Positions 13,401 through 25,625 of a stretch of DNA of 64,000 nucleotides are shown in pieces (positions within the stretch are counted from its first letter, which is position 1; each line of letters opens with the position of its first letter). The translations under genes and the position numbers were made by a program. The notes under the pieces were generated by a model, which did no database searches, had not been told where the DNA came from, and saw nothing but the letters and a program-made list of their open reading frames with translations. Source of the DNA: Phoronis australis (lineage: Eukaryota > Animalia > Phoronida); NCBI GenBank assembly GCA_002633005.1, contig NMRA01000302.1:319760-383759 (forward strand), read 5' to 3'.

Positions 13401-16400
13401 CATGGTCGGTTGTTGTGTGGTCGGGTGGTAGTATAATTGATAAAAGTACCCACGATACCTATTGTTCTGCTATTGGAAGACTGAACAGCGTTTCAATGCT
13501 GAATTTTTTTTTCGTGTTACTGAACGATAAAGTAGATGCGAGAATTTCCCGTCACAGTACACTAACTGCAAACTACACCAGATAATTCAGGAGAGTTGCG
13601 AATCTGTTGTCTATAATCTACGGTTACACACAGAAATATATCGCAACGTTTTAGCGCGAGGTTCTTACGTCTAAGGAACGCACGCCAGGTGTTAATCAAA
13701 GTAGCGTCTCTGACCAAAAGACCAAGATTGTTCACCTGAGGTAAACCAACGCTTTCTAGTGGCTAGCAGACATTTATTTTTCATTAGAGACTTTTCTGAA
13801 TGCGATTAAAGATGAATGCAAGTATTGGTGGACTTGAGGCAAAATTATTAAAAGATGACAGTGGTCATTCAGAAAACCAGATAGCAAATCTTACAATCTT
13901 TCAAAAGATCTAAACCCTGTTTTGGAGAATCAACCAAACCTCGTTCTGTAACCTTCTAATTTGTGATTGGTGTATCACTTTGAGTGGTAACAGGTGGATT
14001 GAACTAAAAACTCGTACTCCATATGTCACACGGTGGATATTATGGTTCTTTGTGGGCTGACTCTCAACAAAGTTACAATGTACTAACTCGCCGAAAGCGT
14101 AGGTTACGTTCATCCATTTAACAGACTTTGAATTAAGTTTTGAAATTTTGTTCCAAATTTTGAGGATTGTCGATGATTACAGAGCAATATTTTTGTTTCA
14201 GACAAATGGTTGGGAAGGTTGTTCTTAATGTCTTTTGATAGGCTGAAACCGGATGTGGTTCCCGGTGTAGATGGGAATAACTTATTCTATTACCAAAACC
14301 GAGACCGTCAAAACTCAAGAAACATCTGTCTCCCGTCGCTTCCAGCATGCCAACGACAGCATGACTAGTTGAATCTGAACAATGCCACTGGCGAAAAGGA
14401 TGTTTGCACAAAAGTATAAGCGGATCATTACAATATGTTGTGGTTTCTTTAAAAATGCCCATTAAAATACGAGCAATGCCATTTAAGTTGTACGCAAAAC
14501 TAAACTAGGAAAATGGGCAAAACTTCCCGGGCGCTGGCTGTTGGTAACATTTTACAATACTGCATTATACATATTTTTCTCATTTTCCTCTTACCTTTCT
14601 GTTAAAACCAACCCAAAAACTCAAATTTCGCTCAGTTCCAGAGAAAATAAAGTAGGCCTACTAGTGACCTATTCAAACTAGGTAGCCATTTGGAATGCGC
14701 GATTTTTGCCAAGTGGCTGCTAATCTCAATGTTTCGTAGCTGAAACTGAATGCCTCGATGTTCAAAAAGTCATTCAAAACTGCTAAAAGGTGGGGTGAGA
14801 CAGGAATAGGGCGGGAGACAAGAAGAACAAGACAGATGGGAGAAAGGAGGAGAAAGGGGCGGAGAGCGGGTAGGGGGAGACAGTCACAGGGCCGAGAGAC
14901 ATTGTGTGTCTCTGTGTCTGTGTCTGTGTCTCTGTGTGTGTGCGTGCGTGCGTGCGTGCGTGTGTCTGTGTCAAGCGTCCAATATTCTTACCTGCACTGA
15001 AGTCTTCCTGGCCATCCATAAAATGAGCTCTGCAGACGATCGTCAGTTTTTCACCGTTCTTTTTACTGTTCCAGCCCGTTGACGCTAACTTCGAAATGCG
15101 GGGTGACCCTGAAATAAGTGATCGTCCACTGTACCAAATTCCAATAGGCCAACCTAATAATATGCGTTTGATTAACCACACCACAACAAGAATTGTACCA
15201 TCGACATGCCGAAGGTTCCAGAGCTTATGACAATGATAATCAGTTCTAAATCCTGTCTAGCACAAACCAAAGTAAACATTTTTGTTGTTTTTTTATTGAT
15301 ATTTTTGACAAATTATTGTTATCTTCGCCTGAGCTAGGCAAACAGTGACAAAAAGGACGAGTGAATATTAAAAATGGACTCTATCGAGGCACGTGTCCTA
15401 AAAGCTTTGCCTATGCTCAACCCACCTCTAAAAGGTACACTTTAACTAGAACCTTGTTGTTTGAAGCCACTTATTATCCTGTTTAGTGTTCCGAGAAGGT
15501 TGAAAGAAATGCTTCACACAATCTATTGAATTAAAGTGTACTTTTATTTAATGATGCATTTAACCGAGATGTACGGGATAGTGTCCCACTGATAATTTCA
15601 TAAAAAGAATGCTGTTAAAGGAAATTTGAATTTACATGGAAATGTTTCGATAATTCATTACTTAAATTATTTTGCAAACATTTTTAGTCTGGTCTGCACG
15701 TCACCTGTTTAAGACTTGCGTATTCATATTAATTTACTTCATCAAATATTGAGCATAAATTAAGACAAATTCGCTGTTCTATTAATACGTAATTTCGAAT
15801 GAGATAGTTCTGCAAAAATTGTCTTCCTGTGTCCTATGTGGTGAAGTGCCGGGCTGAATATAGGCGAGAATATAGATCGCGAGACTTGTTGAAGAATTTT
15901 TATTGAACCTGAAACAGGAGCTAAGTTTTCCATTTTATATTCGTTTTATTTTCCCTTCATTTAAGAGTTGCATCTGGAACCAAATACGGAAGAATGCAGC
16001 TCATGAAGATTTTTTTTGTACTTTTGTATCTTTTCAGTTCGGGTGGGTGGTGGCTTAAAAAGTAAAACTTTAATAAAGTACATGTATGTAGATTTTGAAT
16101 TTTTGAATTATAAGCTTTTGAGGGGTTTAAGGATCTTTTTTTAACTAAACTAATTTTGAACTTTGCCAGCCGGTACTCAAACTTACTAGGTTTACGTCAC
16201 GTTTTATCCTGCGCGTCAGAAATATTTTCGAAGATAGCCAACAGAAGACAAAGCAACATGTATTGTTCCCTTTGCGTTGAAATCGGGCAATGTTTGATGC
16301 GTGAAGCGACCGCCTTCTCCGGTGGACAATTCGGGGGTTCTCTAGTCTGTTTTGTATGGCTGTCCAATCAATTTCGAATAAACCACTCACAGACTTGCAG

Positions 16401-18043
16401 TATTGTGCAAATAAAATAAAGTGATTTAACCATTTTCCGGTTGAAAAAACGTAAACCATCCTCTAAAAGTACGACCTTCTCTCGACGTACATACATTTGC
16501 ACTTGTGTTTGTCGTTATCAAATTTGTCCCACTTGTTGTTGCCCATGCACGTCGCTTCGATTGCATTATCTTTGCGTTCCTCATCACCGTTGAATTTGTG
16601 GCCACGTATACAATCGTGCGTTATCTTCACACCCCTCGCGACCTCTCCCGTGCGAGACGGTTTGTAGCCAAAGTACTTTTCGATTTTACACATCTCTGCA
16701 ATCGAATTGCGTTGCAAGTGATTAATTCGACTGTTCATTATCGTCTGAGGCCTGTTAGGCTACCACATCAACGTTTCAGAGTTAACTATTTCAACTGTAA
16801 GTAACCCATTGCAATCATAAGAATGTTTTGGTTCCTATGAGTAGCGAAAAGGTTGGTGTTTAAGTAGCTAAGCACGCGTGCTCTCCGCGGAGTAGTAAGT
16901 TTCACAAGTAAATTTGTTTCCTTACCAACCGAGTCGCTCCTCAGGAAATTGTGAACCTTGTTTACCTGGTTGTACCTACGAGCAAATATCTTAGCTCTAA
17001 GCCCTACAAAGTATATGATTTTCTTAAAGGTAAATTAATTTCGTAACAAAATTGATTATTATTATTTACTTGTGATTATTTTCGGTTATTGAAAGAAATT
17101 TTAAAACTATTCTTCTTCCAATCATATTGGTCTTATTTCAACAGTCATGATACTAACAGCATTTTTGAGGGAAGTGTGTCTCAGATTTTTTAAATAGGTC
17201 CTAGTTTTTCGGAACGAAGCCTTCAAAAATCAAGAGTACGGCCAACTTGGCTCAATATTTCTTGCAAAATCGATAATTAAAAAATACGACCTATTTTATT
17301 ATTCACCTGTTAACGGAATACTAATATGATTAGATGAACAATATTTTTAAAAACTCTGTTCAAAGTCAAAGAAAATCTTTTAACCAAAAACTAATTTTTG
17401 GTAAAATAATAAAGACAATGAATAAGAATAAAAATGTTGATAGGAAATTTATTCACCATTCATGAAAAAATATTTTATAGAGGTTAGAGCAAAAGAATTT
17501 AAGATATTTGCTCATAAGTACAACATGGTAACTAAGGTTCACGGTTATCTTAAGCGAAATTAAATGTCAAATTGTCACTCTGCCGTAAATTGAATGATAT
17601 GATAATATAGAACAAGGGCCTATTACTTTTGTGGATGTTCGTCCTCTCGAGTAAGTCTGGATGCAACAACGCTAGCGAAAACGCCTGTAGTTTGGGGGTA
17701 ACTGAAACCTCCGGATAAGCTCCAGCAGAAGTGACTCCTTTGACCGTTCACAATACTGGCGTTTTTGATGCTGGCGTCAGTGCCATGCAAAAAATCTAGC
17801 GCTTTATCCAGCGTACGATACGGGTAAAAAAGTAGCTTAGTGAGATGAGATAGGACTATTTTTAGAAAACAAATGTGTACAGGTCAACGCTGCAATTCCT
17901 CTGATGTCAACGATAACCCAGTGACTTTTTAAATTTTGCACGTGACACATGGCAGTCTTACCTCCAGTGGCCTGAGATATGAGAAGGCAGACGGCAATGT
18001 GTACCGGAAACACAACTGAAACAAGATGCGAAATAACGTGCAT
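1254..18043 (-). CDS. Paralog A: 9-exon gene for a predicted GPI-anchored Sushi/CCP + 2x Ig-like surface protein, 409 aa. join(complement): 18043-17962, 16695-16495, 15108-14992, 13156-13018, 10475-10297, 6518-6408, 4856-4697, 3735-3659, 1417-1254
   Basis: All 8 introns are GT-AG with compatible phases (1,1,1,2,1,1,2,1). The spliced CDS is 1230 nt and open from ATG to TAA. Every exon has a counterpart in paralog B of the same length (exon 5 differs by 9 nt) with conserved splice sites. Domain calls come from motif inspection only. Confidence 0.88.
3659..3735 (-). CDS. Paralog A exon 8, Ig2 F/G strands (S-CKMTVP...NNFELS)
   Basis: taacag| acceptor, G|gtaagt donor; homolog at 30370-30446. Confidence 0.85.
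4697..4856 (-). CDS. Paralog A exon 7, Ig-like domain 2 middle
   Basis: tttccag| acceptor, AG|gtgcct donor (phase 2); homolog at 34085-34244. Confidence 0.82.
5790..6031 (-). mobile_element. Internal fragment of a Penelope-like element in intron 6 of paralog A
   Basis: Near-identical to 59270-59511 (RIRSEETAFNNRLKELK...HVFRKHL); absent from paralog B. Confidence 0.85.
6408..6518 (-). CDS. Paralog A exon 6, Ig-like domain 2 N-part (LTPQAMRLDG...[10 protein letters not shown])
   Basis: ttgcag| acceptor, G|gtactg donor; G-x-T-V-x-I-x-C B-strand; homolog at 35061-35171. Confidence 0.85.
9440..10102. mobile_element. Non-autonomous hairpin-ended element, truncated at the hairpin centre
   Basis: Reverse-complement match to 37453-37870 plus 39385-39680; absent at the paralogous site (~36690). 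Confidence 0.6.
10297..10475 (-). CDS. Paralog A exon 5, Ig1 F/G strands (Y-R-C-VAE) plus Pro/Lys hinge
   Basis: tgtag| acceptor, T|gtgagt donor; completes the YxC motif across the intron. Confidence 0.85.
12663..12818. repeat. Minisatellite, 6 perfect copies of 26 bp (tattatataacggggaatgtaatcag)
   Basis: Directly visible; not expanded in copy B (~45520). Confidence 0.95.
13018..13156 (-). CDS. Paralog A exon 4, Ig-like domain 1 middle ([11 protein letters not shown]...EGNNYR)
   Basis: ttttcag| acceptor, AG|gtacgg donor (phase 2); homolog at 45729-45867. Confidence 0.85.
14903..14971. repeat. (TG)/(CGTG) microsatellite next to the exon 3 donor
   Basis: Visible; paralogous (TG)n at 49575-49690. 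Confidence 0.85.
14992..15108 (-). CDS. Paralog A exon 3, Ig-like domain 1 N-part (WSPRISK...[11 protein letters not shown])
   Basis: tttcag| acceptor, G|gtaaga donor; Ig B-strand pattern G-x-x-L-T-I-x-C. Confidence 0.85.
16495..16695 (-). CDS. Paralog A exon 2, Sushi/CCP-like domain (EMCKIE...HDCIRG...ATCMGNNKW...HKCK)
   Basis: ttgcag| acceptor, T|gtatgt donor, 201-nt symmetric phase-1 exon; 4 Cys plus Trp in CCP spacing (C..CxxG..CxxxxxW..C). Confidence 0.85.
17962..18043 (-). CDS. Paralog A exon 1, signal peptide ([27 protein letters not shown])
   Basis: ATG, hydrophobic core, G|gtaaga donor (phase 1); homolog at 57764-57845. Confidence 0.85.
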
Positions 18044-18327
18044 AAGTCTCGCCTGGACATTCCTTGGTCTTTGGTAACACCAACAATTTTAAACACTTTA
18101 ATTTTTCTAAAGAAACATTACAGAATTTGAACACACTGACTGCTAGCTAACATTACATCCGGCATTGAGTCATCCGTAGATATCATAAAGTATTTGAAAT
18201 CATCACGGTTGGTTTACTGATGCCGACGTGTGCCCCATGTTTCTTACATTGCCTTTCAGTGAACCAACAAATTGACTATAGCAACTCAGTAATTAAAATA
18301 ACAGATCAGTTTTTGGCCACAATAAGA

Positions 18328-20084
18328 TTAAAAACCGGACTATCGCCGCACAAATAAAAAAGTTCATGTTCAATTCAACGTTTCGTTTTTTCATTAGACA
18401 TCATCAGGATCATATTTACAACAATTTAGGACAACAAGTGCCAACATACAGCTCAGGTAACATCCATAGAGTGAAGTGAGAGATACATAGAATATAGTCA
18501 GTAGCTGGTCATCACCATAGTTGCAGGGTCACTGAGCTCTGCATGTTATTCAGAGAATCAGTGGCATGCTGGTTTTGAATGGCCAATGACTCTTTAATGT
18601 ACAGTAACTCCTTATTATGTTCTCTGCAGATAATACTAACAGAGTTGGCTTAGTGATTGTAGCGAATACAATGCTTATACATGTATGTGTTACTTTTCTC
18701 TGAGGTGTGATGTTCTTTCAACCTGTCACAGAGGCGTCTTTGTGTGAGTCCTATATAGAATTCCTTACAGTTGTCACATTCAACCTCATACACAACCTTG
18801 TTTTTGTTCAATAAAGGGATGGGTGACTTGAGTTTAATCAGCATATTGGAAAGTTTCCGAAGAGGTTTGAAAACAACTATCAGTTCAACTGCTGGGTCTA
18901 TGCAATGAATAAGGCGACATAACTGACGTTTCAATTTTATACTACTTGGCCCGGTGTAACCAAGAGAAAAGAAAACTTTCTTTTTCTCGGTTCTAATAAC
19001 AGCTACCTTATCTGCCTTATTCATTTTTGAAAGAAAGTGCCTTTTACAGCTATTCAGAAAATTCAGAGGATAACCATTGGCACGAAATAACTGGAAAATC
19101 GTAGCTACGTCACTATCAAAATTTAAATTGGTGGAGCAGATTCTCCAGGCACGGTGTAACAAGCAATTGACTAGACCTCTCTTGTACTGGATAGTCACAA
19201 AACTATCAATTTTAAGATAATGTCCAGAAAAACTGGGCTTACGATACACAGATGTAACAACGGTGCTATTCTCACGTTCAACCAAGACATCTAGAAAAGG
19301 TAAACACGACTCAGATTCAATGGTGAAGTTGATGGACGGATGCATATTGTTCATGTGATTAAAAAAGGTGTTGACTGCGCTCTTGGACGAAAACACAACA
19401 AACGTATCGTCAACATACCTACGATAAAATTGTGGTTTACAATACGGTGGACAACTAGCCATAGCCTCAGTCTCGAGACTGTTTAACAGAACCATTTTCT
19501 GTTTGATGATAACTTTTATGATCAGATTGACGGAATAGCCATGGGTTCACTCCTGGGACCAGTGTTAGCTAATAGTTTCTTGTGCAATCTCGAGACTGAA
19601 GTCACCCATCCCTTTATTGAACAAGAGCAATGTTGTGTATAAGGTTGAATGTGACAACTGTAAGGAATTCTACATAGGACTCACACAGAGACGCCTCTGT
19701 GACAGGTTGAAAGAACATCACACCGCAGAGAAAATGCATTGTATTAGCTACAGTCACCAAGCCAACTCTGTTAGTATTATCTGCAGAGAACTTAATAAGG
19801 AGTAACTGTACATTAAAGTGTCATTGGCCATTCAGAATCAGCATGCCACTGATTCTCTGAATAACATATGCAGAGCTCAGTGACCCTGCAACTATGGTGA
19901 TGACCAGCTACTGACTATATTCTATGTATCTCTCCCTTAATTCTATGGATGTTACCTGAGCTGTATGTTGGCACTTGTTGTCCTAAATTGTTGTAAATAT
20001 GATCCTGATGATGTCTAATGAAAAGACAAATAGTTGAATTGAACATGAACTTTTTTATTTGTGCAGCGATAGTCCGGTTTTTAA
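18328..20084 (-). mobile_element. Penelope-like element (RT + GIY-YIG), 5'-truncated and rearranged, with inverted ~490-bp pseudo-LTRs
   Basis: ORF 18650-19495 has RRYVDDTF, LPFLDV, VYRKP and GIY-YIG (VVYEVEC..C..FYIGLTQRRL..RLKEH). 18328-18829 is the reverse complement of 19599-20084. RT motif B (GIAMGSLLGPVLAN) sits on the opposite strand at 19490-19600. Confidence 0.92.
18376..18407 (-). ncRNA. Minimal hammerhead-ribozyme-like motif in the Penelope pLTR (degenerate)
   Basis: Minus strand reads CTGATGA-tgtc..aac-GAAACGTTG; the second copy at 20005-20036 (+) keeps the gtc/gac stem but has lost GAAAC. Confidence 0.55.
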
Positions 20085-20831
20085 AATAACAGAAGTTGTT
20101 AGCCAAAGCCTAGACAAAGCCATCAATATCTATTTTTTGCGAGACGCCAATCAATTAGTCACTGGCCAGCAAGCTAACTGCACGTGTATGCCTGAACGTC
20201 AAAACACAAGAGCTACGGTTCAAGTTTAAAGTTGTTAAATTCATAAATGCTCGTGTAGCGTTTCACAAAGTAGTTATAACAGGAACGAATTTTTTTAGTT
20301 ACCCAAACTAAATTCTATCACTCTTTAAATACTCGAATTTTGCAGAAGGATACGTGAATACATTCCGTCTTTAGATGACTAGAACAGGCAGAATGGAGTT
20401 ATGGAAGGAAAGAAGCGACGCTCACAATTTCAGTTCGCTACAAGTCTTTTTGCGGTCCTCGAGCAATGAGATTTACATCAAAATGTAACATGTCTACAGG
20501 GCATGTAGGTTGATGCAACTCCGACGACGCTAGGAGAGTCATTTCCTATTTCTCCACTTTAAAAAAAATAGGTGTCAATTTCAAAATAGTGCGCTCGTGA
20601 CACAACGCCCACATTTGTTCGATTTTTGGTCTGGTGAATTGGCATTTTTTCAGAGGTGGTAAAAACTTCGCCACAAAGAGAATTGGCTCAGATTTCGGCT
20701 GCTGGTAACAAAATGATCAAAGCTACTAACGAATTGAAACCTTTCCTAGCAATTTGTATACAGCTATGCTCCCCAATAACCATTTCTTGAGCAGAACCTA
20801 TCATTTATTAGGAAGGGATGGGACAAAAGAT

Positions 20832-20988
20832 CAGCCTCCCGTTCAGTAACGCTACGACCTCGCTAAAAAGCAAGACTTCGCGAGAATACGTGAGATTTCG
20901 CCGTGTATTTTGCATAAGAACACGTGAATTTGACTAGGTTTTAGCTAGGTCCTAGCGTAGGTCCTAGCGTCTACTGAACGCACGCCAG
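20832..20988. mobile_element. MITE with cgttcagta(g/a)cgcta...tagcgtctactgaacg inverted termini
   Basis: Close copy at 40782-40938; older degenerate copies at ~6160-6260 and ~34825-34920. Confidence 0.75.
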
Positions 20989-22859
20989 ACTAACGCCTCA
21001 CCCAGTCCAGCCAAAGCGCCTCTTAGCAACTACCGAAGACACCGGGATGCACGACCAAAGTCCAAGAGTAACCTTTCGACAACTCGCCACCCAGATAGAA
21101 ACGAAACGTGTGTTGTGACACACATTGTGGCACTCGACACATGTTGTCCCCGAGTATTGTTATATGTGGCTGTGGTAAAAAAGTGTATAAATTCATGTAT
21201 ATAGCTTTTGAAAGACTAGCAAAATAAAATCTAACAAAAACTGGAGCTAGAATGCCTTCGTTATGCTGTTTCTTGCGGATCTACAGCAAAGTGCCAAGAA
21301 ATAGAGTGTTATTTAATTAATGGCCAATATCTTTTTTCGCCGATTCTTTAATCAATGTTTCTTCTTTCCTTAGGTTGCGTACACTTCCCTGCACTGAATT
21401 TACTTGGAATGGTTTCTCTGTCACGAGTTTTTAGCATTTTAATAGCAGCAAATTGAATTTCCGATTATCTTTTCCTTCAGCGCAGCTCTCGTTATCTCAC
21501 GAACGATGTCGATGTCGCAAAGTTCGAGCAAATGGCACGTGTGTGTGTCAAGTTGACGCGAATTTTTCTTTGTTACAAGTGGCGGAATTGACCACAGCCA
21601 GACGAATTTTCCAATGACTCTTAAACGTACAAATATATACACAAAACGTACCGAGGGTGGCGTTCATGAAGTAATATCGAACGAGACATTATTCCACTTA
21701 TCGACCGAGACCGAAGGTGCTGCAACTACTTTCCATGTCAGAGGTCACTGTTGAAGTAGTGCGGGAGCTGAATACGGAAAACATTATTACATGTACATGG
21801 CCGTATTGCAATCGACAGATTCAACGCTTATGGGATAAACATAAAGGCTGGACACTAAAACTTTGCCGAGCCGAGGTTACCAACTTCAACTGTCCCAAAT
21901 CGAAATGAAGGTGCGTGCATCTCCCTCAGACTAGTATTACATACACATCCTCTTTCGTAGATCGCATTAAATGGTTTTTGTGAGAGGTGAATTGGCAACG
22001 GAATCTCCACAGCAAACGGATTTCAATTGTTCTTTAACTTGTACTCCTGTCAAGAAAAAACTTCGAATTTCATCAAGCACCCCCAATGTCAAAATCAAGA
22101 AATTTTTCACTAATTTAAATGATTGGGGTTATTAAAATTAGTATTGCACTTATATGTGTAATTTGCTCGTTTCGTCATTTAACTTTGAATTTAGTTGCGA
22201 GAACTGCCGTATCTTGTGTTTCATCTTGACATCACGTGCTACTCTTGGTTGAAGCACAACGAACATTCGGCTTTTGTCGGAATTTTCCGATGTCTGACCG
22301 CATGTTTAACCAGAAGAAATCACTTATCGACCTGCCGGATTTCGCAATACGCCTACGTTAGTAGCCAGTATTCCGTGGTTTTTCGGATATATTTTACAAA
22401 ACCAAAATTAAAACACATTCAAACTGACATTAAATTATGTGAAGGCACTCTGAATAACCGGATCTATACGAATGTCGTCTGCTATGAATGTCACAAAATA
22501 AGGTTGTTGAATTTGTGGTTTCGGCGTTTTTTGACATTTTTGTCGTCAAATCACCACTCCGCAGCAATTTGATGTGATCAAGCCAAAGAAGGCATTCAAA
22601 CGTTTGTTCGATGCTGACTTCGTAGAGTTCCATGCACATTTGAGCAGAAAATTCTGAGCAAACATCGTTTTTAGTTTCAGTGGTGATCGAGGAACCGAGG
22701 AACTCAAGCGCCAGTGAATTTTGCATGTACCCTGTCTGCAGGTTTACAAAATGTCATGACAAGATGTAACAATTTTTTCGTCGCAACAACCTTGCACATT
22801 ATAGCCTTTGCAAATATTGTAACCAACAATTTTGGAAGAATAGCGTCAAATTACAGCCT

Positions 22860-24380
22860 GTGGTAGCCAGCCAGCTAGGTGTATGAAGACTATCGTCAAA
22901 ATACAGCTACATGTAGGTACCGTTTAGCCTTGGGTACAAAGCTGTATACTAAATATGCAGTTTTGCGCCAACGTGGGTAAAACCTGACCAGATAAAATAC
23001 GACACAAAATAAGTGTCATTAAAAACTACACACTTACTTGAGTAAATAACATATTTCTGGTTTTGGAGAAATTGGAGTTCTACCCTTATTCTGCTGTTAA
23101 ACCCGTGGAGTGATCTTCTGCGTTGACTTTCGTCACCTATTGGCCAGTTTCTTTTTTCGCCAATTCTTCAATCAGTTGCAGCTATTTCACGAGGTTGCGT
23201 ACAGGTCACAACAAATTATCGGAACTGGTTACACTTCATTATGAGATTTTAGAATTTTGATACCAGCAAACAGCATACAGCTTTGTACCAAGGTTATCAT
23301 GTACCTAGCTGTACTTTGACGATAGTCTTCGTACAGCTGTCTGGCTGGCTAGTAGCCTTGGTACAAAGCTGGAAAGTAAAATATACAGCTTTGCACTGAT
23401 ATGGGTAAAAAAGTGGTAAGAAGAAATCTGACACAAAAGTAGTGTCATTAAAAACTACAGTCTTCCTTGAATAAACTAGATTATTTAACGGTGTAGGAAA
23501 AAATGACGTTCTGCCGTTATTGCTGCTAAAGTTGTGGAGCGATCTTCTGCGTGGACTTTCGGCGCCATGAAATATTGCGTCACCTATTGGCCAGTTTCTT
23601 TTTTCTCCGATTCTTCAATCAGCTATTGTTCTTTCACGAGGTTGCGTACACGTCACAACAAATTATTGGAACGGGTTTCACTTCATTACCAGTTTTTAGA
23701 ATTTCGATACCGAAAAACCGAATTTCAGAACAAATTTTGCTGCTGCGAAGTTGTCGCAAAAACTTCGGAGATAACGCGTGCACGTGGCACGAGCGTACTG
23801 TTTTCAAAACGGCAACATACTTTTCATTGTTACGAAAGGTCGAAAATGACGCAAAAAATGACGTTTGTTGCATTGATTTTCACTTAAACGGTTGTAAAGG
23901 GCAAGGTGAGGGTTGACTGAGTCCTAGATTTTGCATGCACCCCGTCCGGTCTTTAGTTTTACATGTTGAAACAAGTTTCACCATAGATTATAGACAAAGT
24001 CTATGGTTTCACTGCGAGGTGACGAGCAGAACTACCCTGGCTGTGTGCAATTTCGGGGTCTATGGAAGATAAGCACACAGTGATACGTACACTGTAGCTG
24101 TATTTAGACGATAGTCTTCATTTGGGACAGTTGAAGTTGGGAGCCTCGGCTCGGCAAAGTTTTAGTGTCCAACCTTTATGTTTCTTATTTTTGGTTATGA
24201 GTCATCGGGAAATTCGAGCGCCTGTGATTTTTTCCAACACTGTTAAATAATTTCGATTACTCAAGGAGGAGTGTAGTCTTTAATAATACTAATTTTGTGT
24301 CAGATTTTATCTGCTCAGTTTTTTACCCACATCTGCGTTATATATATTTTTATAGGCCTACAGCTTTGCGCCAAGGCTAA
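22860..24380. repeat. Cluster of DNA-transposon-like repeats: ~350-bp direct duplication (22925-23270 / 23350-23720) and inverted pieces (23275-23350, 24090-24380)
   Basis: Recurrent tagccttggtacaaagctg and gaagactatcgtcaaaatacagct motifs, also at ~40740-40955. Confidence 0.6.
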
Positions 24381-25049
24381 GCCAGTGGGCGATAGCAGTG
24401 ATGGGTGTAAGTGATATATAGACTTCAAAATTTCACATATTTGTGGTGTCGCCCGGGAGAAAATAACTACCCATTGCGACAATGAAGGTTGCATTAATCC
24501 CTCGCGCTTTTTACGGGCCAGCTAAAATGTTGTGATGGAATGGAGTGAATGTTGCTTGCTCGGCCTTCCCTTATTTTGCCATGAGTTGCGACGATCAGGC
24601 ATATAAAGTTTGTTCCTATCTGATTCTTGAGAATTTTTGCAACGGGTTTCTAAACATGCACTTAACCTCCACAACCTACCTTCGATGTAATCCGCGAACA
24701 TTGCACTGGGTTTTTTTTCAGAACGTACGCTGATCTTGATTTTAGCGTTCAATCAAAAAGTTGTAGGAAACGCAGTTTCTTTCCAGATGAACACGCGGTC
24801 ATACAATCATGATCCGTCATTAGCAGAACAACAACAAAAACAAGCATATCCATTCTTATAGTCATTCACACCTCAGGAAAGAACATTGTCGTATCTCGTA
24901 TAAAGTTAATTGCTACATGTACATGAAGTTACCGTGAAGAATAAAATTGTCCCTTTCCTCAGAGAAGCTGTCATACACAAAATTTTCATCCGCAATTAAT
25001 TTTCCAGCATGATAGTTCTCATGAGTATATGTAACAAACTTGAGAATAT

Positions 25050-25625
25050 TAGTTATACTTTTGTGGCGCCTATATGTATTGTTTGGCTAGTAATAACAAA
25101 TTGTTAAATACATTGTAGAGCAGCGTGTGTCTCATGAAGTTCAAGACCAACACATTTGTAAGGGAAACAGTCAGGAGGTTGAATGAGAAACTTTTAAAGT
25201 ACTTTTCTCATTTTCCTTCCAAAAATGTTCTACAAGCGGACCTTCCCAAAAAAGGCGTGACACCGTATCTGGAGAAACCCCAATTTGGAGTTTGACTAAA
25301 AGGTTTTTGTCCCAATAGCACTGTGTAATATTCCAAATTGGAACCTTTTTAAAGCAATGTTTTCTTTCAATCTAACTCTCTATTTCCCTTTTGCACACTG
25401 ACTTGGAGGTTTCTTGATGTTGTTAAAAAGAGAACGAATATGTCTACACTTCACATCCTTCCGTAAGTGGATAATTGCTAAAGGCACGCTAGGAGAATTG
25501 CATCTAAATACCTAATCTTTTAATAACAGTTACTCTACCAAACGGCGTTAAATTTCGTCGACTCCAATTTTTTAATAAAGACTTGATCACCGCCACTTTT
25601 GCAGTGAAGCTCTTTTGCGTCATAC
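25050..25625 (-). mobile_element. Decayed L1/Tx1-type LINE fragments
   Basis: KVAVIKSLLKNWSRRNLTPFGRVTVIK (post-RT region) plus a zf-RVT-like remnant shared with 59800-60300. Confidence 0.65.

Larger units (their letters stand above)
230..25505. repeat. Segmental duplication, copy A
   Basis: Collinear similarity to ~28060-60305 in exons, introns, 3' flank (230-1100 vs 28060-28760) and 5' flank (22690-22830 and 24590-25505 vs 57960-58530 and 59790-60305); boundaries approximate. Confidence 0.85.

Noticed and set aside
15109-15153. Upstream in-frame acceptor extending exon 3 of A by 45 nt
   Set aside because: In B the AG is lost (attcg) and the extension contains TGA; the downstream tttcag is conserved in both.
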